A DNA stretch of 64,000 nt. Source: Geosiphon pyriformis uo1. Lineage: Eukaryota > Fungi > Glomeromycota. Below the pieces are notes generated by a model. It ran no database searches. It was not told the DNA's origin and was given only the letters and a program-made list of their open reading frames with translations. Below, in pieces: positions 1 to 13,937 of the stretch. Location: assembly GCA_016748015.1 (NCBI GenBank), contig JAAOMT010000557.1, positions 124,001 to 188,000 of the forward strand, written 5' to 3'. The position numbers and the translations under genes were made by a program. Position 1 is the first letter of the stretch. Each line of letters starts with the position of its first letter.

Positions 1-62
1 GACTCAAAATTTTTTTTTTGAAATTTACTATTTTTGGATGGTAAAGCTTTTATTACATTTTT

Positions 63-1143
63 TTACTTCATCAAACCTCGGTAAATCACCATCCCCTCTT
101 TCCAAAATCCATTTTCCCAATCTAATTCATCTCTTGGAACAGTTTTAATATTCCATCCACGATTAGTGAGCTCATCAAACAAAATTCTATCCGACCTTTT
201 AGTACGCGTTTGATGAGCAAGAAGAAGACATGTATGGGCACGAGTGGAAAGAGCTTTTTAAAACAGATTAAAAATAAGTTTTAAATTTTGACAGAAAGTG
301 ATAAAAAAGTTTCGAGTTCAATTTTCTTTTCGTTGAATTATTACCATTAATTGTTTCAATTAATGGTTCAATTAAGTAGTCAACCCAGACTACATCAGCC
401 GCCAAAATGTAATCAAAAGGTCCATTTTTTGGATTAATTATCTGCTTTAGATATTGATCTCTAAATTTTCAAATTTTAGGAAAATTGGTTTATGACGTAA
501 ATACAATTAATGAAGTACTCACCTGTCTTCCCAATCCAATGCATTGACCTGAACATTTTTTTCAAGCTGATTTAGTCTTAAAATCCTTTCTATTGATGGT
601 ACAACACTTGGTGCATCGGTTATCATAACGCTACTGGCTCCAAGAATTGAAGCAGTGATCGATGGAATAGATTTTCCAGCACCCTATTTATTCAAAACAG
701 GTTGGATTGTATAAGATTTAAAAAATTTTTTTTTGTGGAAAGATAATCTTGAGATTATTTTTTACCAATTCAATAATCTTTTTGTTTTTAATAAAACTAT
801 TTTTTTCGAATTGTTTTTCAATATATTTAGCAAGTATCAAACCCTATTTCATTTAATATTATAACCCCAAATTTCAATGAAATTTTTCCTGTACAAATTT
901 AGTGAAAATATAATTTTATACCCCATCCCACAAGCTACCAGCTGTCTGAATGGTATGACTTTCGTTACTAAAATCTTTTATATCATCTAAGATTTCATTC
1001 GAGGACTTTAGATAAATAATTTGATTTTTAATAACAAATCTATTTAATGTTGAAGAAGAGACATTGAAGTCGAAGGCAGGAAATTTAGGTCCTTCGAGTA
1101 ATAAGTTGGCTTTGAAATTTCCAAGATTTAACCGTTCTACCAT
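63..1143 (-). CDS. Protein-lysine methyltransferase, Methyltransf_16 / METTL21-EFM6-like family, 5 exons
   Basis: Manual splice reconstruction (approx. exons 1143-922, 843-766, ~683-523, ~461-345, 253-63; GT-AG introns) gives the family motifs GSLWDGGLILAKYI, KIIELGAG (motif I), VMITD, LDWED and FDYILAADVVW, ending YRGLMK*. Confidence 0.88.
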
Positions 1144-2334
1144 AGTTAAGATGAACTAAATCATTATTACAATATCATAAATTTAACCTTGATATTTCAG
1201 CTGGAACATTATTCTTTTACTTATTGCGTAAGTGACTAAATCATATTTTTACCCTAATGATTACGTAAACTCTTGCGTGTATTAGGTGAATATGAGCATT
1301 TTTGAATCTTGCAATCAATTAAAAAAATTTAATTTATGAAAAAAAGTTGTTTTATTAATACAAAACCTATTGCCAGAGTATGTAGTAAGGGAATTTCTCA
1401 AAAAAAATCCAGCCAATTTATTTTATTCATCTACTTATTTATGTATTAATATTTTCTTTTTTTCTGAATATATTAAAAACTTTTTTATCAATACATTAAT
1501 TTGATTAATACAAAGAAATAACAATACAAACTATTTATTTTTGAGATTAATTTTTTGTTTAATTTTAATTTAAAATGGATTTTTTAATTTTTTATTAATT
1601 GTGTAAAAATAATTTATTTAACAAACATAATATAATATTTGAAAATTTGTAATAAATTATAAAATAAAAAAATTTAATATTAATCTAATATTAATAAATA
1701 ATAATGTAAATTTCATGTTAATACTATTAATATTTTTATTACAATTTTTAAAAGTAATATAAATTTTAAATATTTTTATTAATTATTTATTTGATTTTTA
1801 TTTGATTAAAATACTTTATTTAAATTTTATAATTATATTGTTATTATTTTTTATTAATATATTTAAAAAAATATAAAAAAAATATAAAATAATTTTAAAT
1901 ACTCAATTTTCAAAAAATTAAATATAATAATAATTGTTATAATATAAAAATATCTTATTATATAATTTACACAATAAATTATAAACTAACAGTTTTTATT
2001 TATAATATTAATTATTTAATTTTAACATATTATTATTTTAATATTATATAAATATTATAAGTATTTAATAAAACCAATAAAACATTAAATTTTTTATATT
2101 ATTCAAATTTTATACAAAATGTTAAAATAAATAAATTTTATAATAAAATACAAGTTTTAAAATTATAAAATTATAATACATATAACTTAATTTCATAAAT
2201 ATTATTGTTTTTAACATTAATATTTAATTAAACAATTAAATTATAAGATCTATTGGTAACTATTACCACGTGATATTCATTTTTATTGTTAAGGTCGTGC
2301 CGCGAATCTCTGGTTTTCGAGTTTCTTTGACAAA

Positions 2335-4533
2335 ATGTCTGGAATATCTATTGATTGCATGGATATCGACGACGAGTGGACTTTACAAGATATTACCACT
2401 CAAATTATTCAGTATCGCGAGAATAAAACCTTATTCTCTAACCAGGACGACTTTTTAGAAGTTTGTTTTCTGCTCATGCTTGCTATTCGTGCTTTTTGGT
2501 CTAATCTTTTCTGTCTAGCTCTCAAATAATCTGTATTCCCCTTAGCCAGGTTTTCCCGCCAGCTCTTCCTGAAAAATGCGACAAACCACTTCATCGCGCC
2601 ATTGTCGTGGTCGATACCAACTTTTTAATATCTCATTTATCATTTGTCAAAACCCTCGTTTACGAATACGCGAAAGCCTACCAACTCATAGTAATCGTAC
2701 CATGGATAGTGTTACAAGAATTAGACGGTTTAAAAACCAGCCAACGAAAATCTGACCTGCCTGGAACTGGTCCATTGAACCAATTTCCCCAACAGGTTAA
2801 TTTATCGACTCTGGCAAAAACAGCAATTGCATTTTTGCATAATTGCTTTATGAGTAAACAAGAGGGGGTTCGGGGCCAAAAACTCGATGAGAAATTGGAA
2901 AAGTCTGAAGTAAGCCAAGTATCCGATCACAATGAATTATTTTAATGACGATAAAGAATAAGAAAATATCAACCTGAATTCCCAAATTCTGGATTCGATC
3001 TATTCGAATTCAACAGTGTAATGATGACAAAATCTTAGATTGTTGTAGGTATGGCTATGTTATTATAATATTTAGTAATATTATTTCATTCTAATCGAAT
3101 GAGATATATAAATGGCTTCTTATTTTGTAAAGATATTTCAAGTCGCGAACCAAATGTTCGACAACTTTATTGTCGAATGATAAAAACCTATGTGTTAAGG
3201 CAATGGTGCACGGTAGACAAGCAATTTATATTTAAATTTATGGACTAGTTCATTTTGATTGATAACCTTTTTTCTCTATTAGAAATCCCTACAGCATCCT
3301 ATCAAAATTTAGGTAAAGGGCTAGATGGTATTTTTGAGAGAATTCTCGAGAATGTCCCAAAATCACCTTTGCCATCGATAACCCTACAAGATAGAATTTA
3401 TCACAGTATTGTCGAGAATGATTGCAATTCCGAGGAAACTATTTTTTACACTCTTGTATGTTTCCCAACCATTCGCCTATTGCCCAGCATTTTGTTCTAA
3501 TTTTTATATTTTTATCAATATATTCAAGGATGAAGACACGGTTATGTTAGACTCCGATGAAATTGCGAATTCTATTTTGGAAGAGGATACATCTCAAGGC
3601 TCTGAAAACTTGAGATTTGTTTTGAAGGAAGATAAACCTTTACCCACTTCCAAAAGTGTGATTTGTCCTTTGAAGATGGATAAGACCCTGTACTCCTCCA
3701 TACATGCCCCTCGTGTTCTTAAGGAGAATGACCACATGGCCAAAAATTTTGAAAGCCAGCCTGTAGTAAAACATCATAGGTCTCTTGATTCCACTTTAGG
3801 TGGAGATGAAATCGTGCCCTTTTACTCAAGTTTACATGGAGAGGAAGATAAGTCTCTATACTCATCCATGCACGCACCAATTATTAATAAGCAATCTACG
3901 TTGCCGAAACAGAATCCCAATTCCTTTAGCTACAGTTTCAATTCATCAGAGAATTTGGTTGCTAGCCAAGACATGTCTCACAACTTATGCATAGATATTA
4001 TCCCATCGACGTTGGCCAATAGAAATTTAACAGAAAAGTTATACATGGGACCCGTGTTCACAAATCCACAAATTTCTGAAGAAATATTGGAACAATCGAT
4101 CAATTTGGCTCAAATAGAACTTGTGGACAACGTAATCATTCTTCTCGCATCATGTTTGCCCAATGCGATCAAACACCATTTCAACGAACTTCTCGGGGAT
4201 TGTTGGACTTATGCGATTACCGAACCCGAACCATGGTCATTAGCCAACATGCTCAAATTCATAGATAGATATTGGATCTCTGTTTTTTCAGACGTGTTTG
4301 ATCAATCCTATCAGATCAAGAATATGGCCATTCGACTTCATGCATTTGTAAAGCAGTGGCAACAAAATCAAAGGAGGAATTATAATGTTGGAGGGACCAA
4401 AGTTTTAGATATTGTGACCTTTTTACAAACTGCCGAGGTGATTCTGAGGATGGTTAATCAAAATATCGTTGATGAGGCCGCCCTTGTTCAAATTACTCAC
4501 AATTGGTGGAAAGAATTCCATCATACCCTCTGA
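2335..4533 (+). CDS. SWT1: SWT1-like PIN-domain RNA endonuclease, about 6 exons
   Basis: PIN_4 motifs VVDTNFLISHL, VPWIVLQELDGLK, NDDKILDCC (exon ~3017-3048) and LLSNDKNLCVKAMVH. C-terminal EPWSLANMLKFIDRYWISVF helical region. Donors at 2461, 2909, 3049, ~3213, ~3456. Confidence 0.8.
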
Positions 4534-5075
4534 TTTTTGTTTTTATTTACATATATATTTCTTTTTATAATGCGTATTTGATCCTCATTCATCATATCTT
4601 TTGCCGTCATTTTTAGAGGCTATAGTAACATGTGATTTCTGGTCGGCATGGTTGATGGGTGTTTCCCTTTCGGGAAATGTATAACGAACCTTCCAGAGCC
4701 TCGTTATTCTATTTACAGTATTGAGTATTATATAGAATCTCCGTTTCAGCAATAGTTGTAGAGCATGTATAAACCTCTGAATGAGATGGCAATTTTCCAT
4801 TCATGTATATAGTAATCATTTAAAATAAATATTTCAATATTTGTTTGTAGAAGGCAGCACTTTAAGATAACATTTGTAAAAGTATATTGTAAGTCAATTT
4901 CTAGACTAAATATATCGTAGTACGAGTTGGTCTATTTTGACATTTTCAGGTGCCTTCATCTATTTATTCAATTGATTCAAAAATAATAATTAATTAAACA
5001 TCTTAAACTTAAGGATGTTAAGATGATCCACAAAGGTTTCTTTTTCTTTTTATCCAAAAACTAGCACTTTAATTC

Positions 5076-6566
5076 TTAATTTTCATCCACGCTACTTTCC
5101 TCACTCTCTTCCTCATCCCGATCAGCGTGATTCGGGTTTTTGGCCAAGAACTCGTGCTCGTGTTCATAAAAATTGTCTGTAATATATAATTTATTACCAA
5201 CAATATTAAAATCTTTTCAAAAGTTTTTAATATTAAAGGTGATATATTCAAATACCTTTGCTACGCTTATTTCTATACTCCATTTCAATTTCATTTAACC
5301 ACTCGTTTTGAACTTTGACCACTTCTTGGGAATCTTCGCATGCAGCATATTTATCCAATAAAGTCCTATAAATAGATAAATTTTGAGAAACCGATTTGAA
5401 ATGAAAAATGCAATGATTATTTTAGTGATAGAAAAACTGAAGATTTAAGTGAAACATCTGGCTAACATTCTACCCACTTGTTAACCATAAAAAATGTATT
5501 TCCCCATTTAAATTTGGAAAGCAATTTTTCGGCATAGTTTGGGAACCCTATGATAGGTTATATTTGACCGAGATAATCAATAAAATACAAAAATCATATT
5601 GATAATAAACTGCAAATTTTCTTATATTTACCAGTTATATAAAAACATGCTGCATACGCCTCCACAGAGTTTAGTTTCCAAGGACGACCATAATTTATTG
5701 GGTTTGTAGCCACTAGGTACGGGACTATTTATTCGTAAATAATATTTTTTAAAACTCGGATTTTGGAAAATAATCACTTCAAAATTCCCATATCCATCAT
5801 TACGCAATCTATCATGCGATGTTTTCAGTTTCGTAAACGGTACATCTTCCAATCTCGCCCAAGAGCAATCTATCACTGCTAATCCATGTTCTTCCACTAT
5901 GAAGCGGTCCGCAGGAGAAACAGCTTGTTGCCCTTGTGGACTGTTAGCTTAATATTGTGAATAATGATAGCATCAAAATTACGAATTTCAAATTAGCTTA
6001 ACTAAATATGTATATACCTAAGAGTGATTCCCCGAAACCGATTTGATACCTTGAGTAGTTTCACCAAACCCAAACGTACGAGTTTTTTACCCGAGCACCT
6101 TTTAGGATCACAGTGATCAAAATCCTGGGTTGATTAAGAACTTAAACGTTGGTCAAGTATTTCGATAAGATAGCTAAAAAATATAGCTCGTAATCTAGGT
6201 TTTTGTTCATTCTAACCCAAATTCCCAAAGGCATCGGAAGGATTTCAGAATAATCGTCAGTTTGAATTTCTAAAAGATAATTGTATAGAAGAAATTGAGT
6301 TAATAATCATTTTAGTAGAATACACTAGCCAGAAGACAAACCCGTTTCAATGCCTTGGATATTTTCATCACTAAGAGAAGGCGAGTTGAAAAGGCCGGAT
6401 CATGACAGATTTAAGAAAATATTTTGCAAATCAAGAGTTTGGAAAGGAAGTATAGAACCTGAAAATATTTGAGATACCTTTTAGAAGTTTGTGGATCACT
6501 TATGGACCGTGAACCACTCGAAGCATCCCCTCTACGCTTAAAAGCATTTGATTTTTGCCTAGTCAT
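5076..6566 (-). CDS. TSR3: 18S rRNA aminocarboxypropyltransferase Tsr3 (DUF367), multi-exon
   Basis: Spliced motifs [65 protein letters not shown] and LLDKYAAC, with an acidic C-terminal tail. Confidence 0.95.
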
Positions 6567-7107
6567 TTTTTGAGTAAATTTTTGCAAAGCCAATTGATTT
6601 TAAGGATTGTGTTAATATCTCTTATTATTTATTATTTACAAAATAAATAATTAAAGGTGTAATGTTGTATTTATGATAACAAAATGATTAAAACAATAAA
6701 CATTTAACATAATGTTTTAAAAAATTGTGTATAAATTGTAAACAAAATTGATTTATATTTAACTATAATATAAATTAACCTCGACTATTTTTAATATAAT
6801 ACATAAATAATAAAATAAATATAAATTATATTAATAATATAAAAATTAATTTTTGGTATTTTTGAATAATTTAATATTGTAATATATTTTTGGTATTTGA
6901 AAATTGTTTTTGTAAGTTGTTTTTTTAATAATAAAATAAATTTTTAATAATAATTATTAATTACAATAATAATATTTTTGTAAAAAAATTATTTTTAAGA
7001 AATTTACTGTTTTAAAATTAAGCATTTACAAGTTAAACATTTTAAAGTGCTTGGTTAACTTGTTTACATTTGAGAATATAAATAAATTAATGTTAAAAAC
7101 TTGGCAT

Positions 7108-7173
7108 TACATAATTTTAGCTAAAAATTTTATGTTAAAGAATTGGTTTCAAAAAACTTATAAGATTTTTGAA
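7108..7173 (+). pseudogene. Hypermutated relic of LINE ORF2 C-terminus
   Basis: Translates YIILAKNFMLKNWFQKTYKIF, aligning with YMALCKDFVFNSWFQESLLVF of the LINE at ~13575-13640. Confidence 0.5.
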
Positions 7174-7444
7174 TGTATTAAATTAATTTTAATTAAACAC
7201 AAAAATAAAATGTGAATTTTTACAATTAAAATAGAATTAAATCATAAAAATATATATATATATTTTTTAATAATTAAATAAATATAAAATAATTAAAAAA
7301 AAAAAAAACTTCTTTCTTTCGTTCATCTCAAATTCCCAAAAAGAGTCAAAAAGTTTTTTTGAAAAAAGTTTTTTCAACATTCAGTACGATAAAACCAAAC
7401 CATTTTTTGATTTTAAGACCATTGTTGGCCTTAGTATTGCTATC

Positions 7445-9235
7445 ATGAAGAAGGCTGCTGAAAAATCTGGTGCTGGTGGGAGTTTTAAGCCTGTTTTGCC
7501 AAGAAAGAAGAGGAAAAGTGTTGCTTTGGAGGAGGATATTAGCAGAAAAGGGGTGCCAACTGAAGTGCCAAATGGTCGTTTATGGAGTTTTGAGACTGGT
7601 AACACCACCAAGTCTAAGAACATTGATATAGAAAAAAAATGTCTTGTAGAAGAAACTAGCTTTGACTTTGGTAAAAATGGGACTATGGCTGATATGGATC
7701 ATAATCAGACATCTAAGGGGCCAAGTATGATAACTAAGAAAGCATTGGGCAAACCATTGGGGAAGATAGATTTTTCAGATCATGGTAATAATGATGATAT
7801 TCTTTTTGATGTCCTCTTAGAACTTCCCCTATCCTTGAAGAATTTAGTTTCTATTTCTGTTAGAAAATCTTTTGCTTTAGATATAGGCTTGGATAAAGTG
7901 GTTGGAAAGTCATCTCAAGAAAAGCTAATGGTAGTTAGGAAATTGTTTTCGAGAGTTAATGGTTTTGGAGGGGCCTCTACCTCCTCAAAATTTTCTGAAA
8001 TCATCTGCACTTTCTTTACTTCTGAATCTAGTTTGGCACAAGCCACAAAAAAGGCAAGAGTGGCAAATATTTTGGTAAACATTAATCTTAAGAAATCAAC
8101 TGGTCATTCAGATCAAGCTGTAATAGTTAAGAAAATTCCAGTTGGGACATCAACTGAGACTGTGCATGCTGTACTGTCTATGTTTGGCATAAATGAGTCG
8201 ATCAAAATGCAATTGGTAAGGCTGTGGCAAAAAGCAATAGTTGAATTTGGTGAGATTGACCAGGCTGATTTGGCTGCAGCTCGCTGGTCTATCTTGATTG
8301 AAAAAGATGCTGTTTGTGTGGCCAAGACTAATAATGACAAAGAATCATGGGATGCTAGGAATCATCACAGGGCTCTGCTTTACACTCTGCCAATGGGAAC
8401 AACTGCTCATGACATCTGGAATTTTGTTGGTTCTGTGGGTAGAAAAACCTGTATGATCGATCATCATCCTGTTATGTATGCTTGGGCCAGATGTGCCATT
8501 GTTTGCTTTAATTTAGCTGATTCCTTGGATGCTGTTATGGACACTACTTCAGTGTTAAGAGGTGTGAATCTGTGTTGGTCTTGTCTGAGTCTTTCTAAAT
8601 GTGTTAAGTGTGGGAATTTGGATCACACATCATTGGGCTGTTCTGTAAATAGGAATCTTTTCTCTGGTAGATCATCTCGCAGAATGCTTTCAGATGTAGA
8701 TAAAAGCAGACTGGCTGCCATCTATGCCAAACGTTCAGCTTTAGTCACTCAACCAGTTGCTTTTGGTGGTGCTTTGTGGGCTAGTGTTGTTGGTGGGTCT
8801 TCTTTCCCTCCTCTCTCTGGTCAGAGCATTTCTTCAAAAAATGGCTTCTTTTCAGAGATAAAGCCTACCCCACTGTTGTCTTTGGAAATGAATAATAGGT
8901 TTGCCACTCTTGAGCACAGTCTTGCCAGCCTCGCAGAGCATGTTGATAAGCTGGCTAAGAGGTTAGACACACCTGGGCCAATGGTTTCCCAGTTTAGTCT
9001 TAGATGTCAGCCATTAATAACTCCTTTATCACAGAATTAAGGAGCGGATATAGTAATGAGTGAGAGTTTGGGTGTGGCCACTAGTGGTGAGACTGTAGTA
9101 GGAGTGGTGGTTTTCAATCCCTCAATTGTTTTGAAAATGGAAGAAACATTGAAGAATCTTTTGGTTATAGTTATGAATTTTTCGGCTAAATTGGACAATG
9201 CTGGTCAGGTACCTGTTATTTGTACTTCTCAATGA
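7445..9235 (+). pseudogene. LINE-A ORF1 (RRM-like region, CCHC knuckle, coiled coil)
   Basis: 597 codons with one internal TAA at 9038. Knuckle CVKCGNLDHTSLGC. Ends TCT CAA TGA overlapping the ORF2 ATG. Confidence 0.85.
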
Positions 9236-12200
9236 CAGACCTGGTTTAGAAATTGGCTATGTGTAATGTTCAGGGCATGAACAATCAAGCAAAACAAGAG
9301 GACATTATATATTGACATATGGACATAAACAATTTGGTCTCAATTTTTACAAAAATGAAGTTAAAAAGAAAGATTCAACTATGAATTGCCAATAAATTCA
9401 GTGGCATTCATGTGTTTACTTCTGGTTTGGATTCAGGTTATCTAGGTTTGAGTGTTACAGTAGTCATGAACAATTCTTTAGTTAGGCATGTATATAAGGT
9501 TTTGGAAGTTCCTGGTTGGCTTATCTCTATTAAGTTGCTTTTTAAAAACAAACTTTCAGTTTCAATTTTGGGGCTTTATGCTGGTGCCTCATTGGCTGCT
9601 CAGTTTTCTCAGGCTGATGCCATCAACTCTTTAATTGCAAGGGCAGTTAACAAATCTTTTTTCGTCATTCTCAGTGATGACTTCAATGAAAACAGTTCTC
9701 ACAAATGTGTGAGTTTTAAGAAATGCTTTGATCTTGGTCTGGTTAACTCTCTAGTCGGAAGCCCAGCTGCAAGATTACCCACTTGGTCCAATTCTAGAAG
9801 TGTTATAAGAACAATTGATTACGTGTTTGTTTCTCCAAATTTAGTTAATACAATAGTACATTGCAATGTTTCAGATGCTGGTGAGCATTTTAACATGGAT
9901 CACCAAGCTGTTTCTGTGTCGATGGGTTTGGGTGGACTTCTGGATATATGACTAACTTCCCTTCACAAACAAGCAAACAAAGATCAGTAGAAGTTCGATT
10001 TCAAGAGTGCGGATGCTGATAAATAGAATAATTTTAAAGACACATCATTAGCCAATACAATATTATTCTCGAATAAATTTGTCTCTTCTGTGAAGGCTTC
10101 AGATCTGAATGCACTGTGGAATGTTATTCACAAAGTAATGACTCTTTCAGCTAAAAGAACTTTCAAGAAAAAGTGGTTCAAGAATTATGATGAGATTTTT
10201 ACTAAGAAGTCTTTTAGATTCCACAAGCTTGAACTTTTGGTGTCTAAGATTGTGAAGGTCTTTCGACTGTTTTTGCATGATAAGTTCACTTTTCTTCTTA
10301 ACAAATGGAGTGGTCTTGATGCTGTCAATGCATCTTTGGTAAATTTACTCTTTGTTTTGGATTCCCATTTCAATGTAATTTGATCAGCATTGGCTAAGAT
10401 TAAGAAGACTTACAGAGTCTCTAAACTGATGGAATCTGGTCGTGCTTTGAAATCTTAAATCAGATCAGCAATTGATAAGAGAATAGAAAGTTTTGAATCT
10501 AATAAAGATCATACTATCAGAAGTGTGCTGGAGTATCCTTTTTACAAGGTGGTTTTGGATCATTTGGTTGTTAATAATAAGCTAGTTCTTGAACCCAATT
10601 TGGTCAAGTCCAAGGTGGACATAATTATGGAAGGTTGGACTAGAAAATGTATGGTGGTCGATAACATCCCTAGTGATTAGTCTTATCAATATCTACCCTT
10701 AGAATATGTTTTTAATGAGGCCTTTTCTGGTGTGATGCATCCAATTGAGTTTGAAGAGTTATTGTGTGTGGTTTCAGATTTGCCTGACGGCAAAGCTGTT
10801 GGTCTCTCAGATATCTCCAATGAGCTATGGGGACATTGTGACAGATCAGTTTTGGATATGCTCTTGGTTTTTTTAAATCTTTGTTTATCTTGTGAGTCAG
10901 TGCCCAGTTCATGGAAAGAAGCTTGGGTTTCTATGATCCCCAAACCTTATAAATGAGAGAGAGTTCTTATGAATACTCATCCAATTGCTTTGATTGAAAC
11001 AGCTCGCAAAATTCTTTCCAAGATTCTCTTGAATAGGATTTTGCTGGCTTGTAGCTTTTATGATGTTCTACATGGAGACAATTTCTCAGTTTTGAAAGAT
11101 ACAATGATTCAATTCCCCATTTTTGCAGTTGAATCAGTGGTTGAAGATGCTCTAGAGAAGAACCGGGAACTCTGGCTTGTTCTACAAAACATGCGGAAAG
11201 CTTATGATTCGGTTGGCTGGGAGCATCTCAGAAAATGTTTGGTCAGGATTAAAATGTGTGACAAATTTATTCGGTTTTTTGGTGGCATTCACAATGATCA
11301 TGTCAACAGAGTCATGACTGATTTCGGGTTGACTGCTGGATACCAAATGCATGATAGTTTGGACCAAAGGGAGGTTTTTTCACCTCTTCTTTGGCACATA
11401 TTTTATGATCCTTTATTGTGCAAGGTCAAGAGGCAGAAGAGTGTGTGTGGGTATCAATTGAATTTGCATTTTGTTGTCAGGACTGGTCGCTTGGAATCTT
11501 AAGCTGGTTTGATGTCATTTTTTGCTGCTGGGGCATTTGTAGATGATACAATTTGGATTGGTAGCAGCCAAGCTGCTACTCAGCATATTCTCAACATTGC
11601 CAGTGAGTTTTTTCAGCTTAATGACATTGCAATTAACAATAACAAGACTGTGACTATTCCTGTGAATTGTAGAGTTGAGCATTCTTTTTTGCTGATCAGT
11701 GGTCAGCCTATTTTAATTGCTAAAAAAGGGGAGTCTCATCATTATCTGGGCATTTTCCTATCTACTGAGAGCTTATCAAAACCTAGCTTGGCTAAAGCTC
11801 ATGTGGATGTTTGGCTTTTTGCCAATCTTGTTTTGAGGAAGACTATTTCTGATAAACAGTTCTCTTATTTGGTGTCAGCAGTTCTTTTTCCAATTATTAG
11901 CTACAGAACTCAATTCAGTTTTGTTCCTGTCAGTATATGTAATAAGTAGGACACATTGTTATATAGAGGGTTGAAGTCCAAATCTGGTCTATCACAGGAT
12001 TTTCCCAACAATGCAATTCACCATCCCTCATTGTATAACTTGAAAACTTTTGAATAGGTTCAGGCTGAGAGCAAGTCAGTTTCTGTTGTTTGCTTCTCAA
12101 ATGCTGTTGGTATTTTGGGCCATTTCTTCATGTATCGGTCACATGACTTACAAATTTGTAGCTAGAGTCCTCACTATCCTTTGGTTTTTCCTTCTCATAT

Positions 12201-13937
12201 TAATATCAATCCTTCAAATAACTTTCTGGCTGGTGTGATCCATATTTTTTTGGTGTATGATTTGTTTTTGGAAGGTCTTTCGACCAATGCTTTTCGCTTT
12301 TGGGGTGGTACCCTTCTGTCTCTTGTTCTTGGTGGTCCTATTTATTTCAGGTGTGTTTTTTTACTTCAATGGTATGAGATTGCTTTTGTTGAACAGCTTC
12401 ACAATCAAGTTGGAGCTGTTTTTAATTGGAAAACTTTCAAATGGTGGAAAAGACTGGACCTATGGGGCCTGATTTTTTCTTGGTTTAAGCATTCAGTTGA
12501 TTTTCTTAATGGTGTCCTTTCTGCTTCTGTTTGTTTTTCTCCTCCTCTGGGTGTTAGTTCTTTGGGTGTACTTAAGTCTCAAGAGTTTGGTGTTATTTGT
12601 AACTGTTTGTTGGGTGTTGATATCGACCAGTTTGCTATATACACAGATGGCTCTCTTTGCAATCTAGAAACTTTTAACATGAAGGCTAGTATGACAGTTT
12701 TTTTTGAGAACATTAGTTTGGGTTTGGGTGTTGAGATTTCTGGTTTGGTGTCTTTTACTATGGCTAAGCTATAGGTTGTTGCGCTGGCTCTTGAATGTGT
12801 TTCTTTTTTTAGTTTAGTTAGCATTTTCACGGACAGTTAGTCAGCTCTCAATGCTTGTAAGTTGGAATTGGATTTATTGTATCTTGATTTCCGAAATTAT
12901 TGTTGGATCAAGCAGTGCCATATTGTGGGTGTCATTCATGAGAAAAATTTAAATGTCAGTTGGCACAAGGTGAAGGGTGATTTTGGTGTTTCAGGCAATA
13001 AGCATGCTAATGTTTTCACTAAGGCTGCTTTTTCCTTAGTTTGACATTTCCCCCAGTTCAACATCTCCCCCATTGGGTAAAAAAGTGTTATATTAAGGCT
13101 GGTAGTGGCACTATCTCGGCAAATATTAAACACTTTGTTTGTGATATTTTTCATTCAGTCCACTGCATGTGCTGGGAGGTGGGCTCTGGTTCAAGAGCAG
13201 TGGTATCTAATTTGCAAAATGATATTGATTGGTTTCAATCATCTTTTGTGTGGCATCCTGACTCCCATTTGGTAACTGGTTTCACTAGTAAATCTACTGC
13301 TGGTGCCCATATGTATTTTATAAAGGCGTTACATCATCATCTTCCTGTTGCTATTTACAAGTGCTTGTATAACAGACATTATCCTGGAGTAATATATTTA
13401 TTCTACAGTGATGTCGAGGTCTTTGATCATGTTTTTTGTTGTTTGTTTGATTTTGCTGCTCATGTGCAATTGCTAGATACTTTTGCAGCTGATTGGATAA
13501 AGCTTTCTGGTCTTCTACTTTTGTTTTCTTGTGTGTTGCAGCTGCTGTTGTCATATATATTTAACATAAATATATACATGGCTTTGTGCAAAGATTTTGT
13601 CTTCAATAGTTGGTTTCAAGAGTCTCTGTTAGTTTTCAAGGATTTTAAAATTGTGACTTGAACAATTGTAGATTTTTTGCATGGTTTTTGCCTTGCTTTC
13701 TGGGATAAGATTTGGTTGGCGCACACCAGACACCAGACATTTATGGAGAAAAATGGTCTGATCTCTTTAGATGGGTCTATTCCAGCTTTGATCACTGGGT
13801 TTTCTTTGATGCTTTCTGCTGGTGTGGTTAATTTGATGGGTGTTGTTGATGCTTTAGATGTTGGTTTTGAGTTACATAAACCTTTTGGTTTTTTTTCAGA
13901 TTTGAAAAACATAGTAGTGGTTCATTTAGGTGCTAAG
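9232..13937 (+). pseudogene. LINE-A ORF2: APE endonuclease, RT, RNase H, C-terminal Cys/His motif
   Basis: EN motifs CNVQGMN, DDFN, TIDYVF and MDHQ. RT motifs THPIALIETARK, NMRKAYDSV, QREVFSPLLW, AFVDDT and YLG. RNase H motifs IYTDGS, FTDS and WHKVKG..GVSGNKHA. C-terminal DHVFCC. Confidence 0.9.

Noticed and set aside
1300-2240. Very AT-rich block between the first two genes (similarly 56160-57110 and 63660-64000)
   Set aside because: Probably further TE ghosts, but I could not align them to anything, so no call is made.
4585-4800. Small ORF between SWT1 and TSR3
   Set aside because: No recognisable motif; probably the 3' UTR region of the convergent genes.
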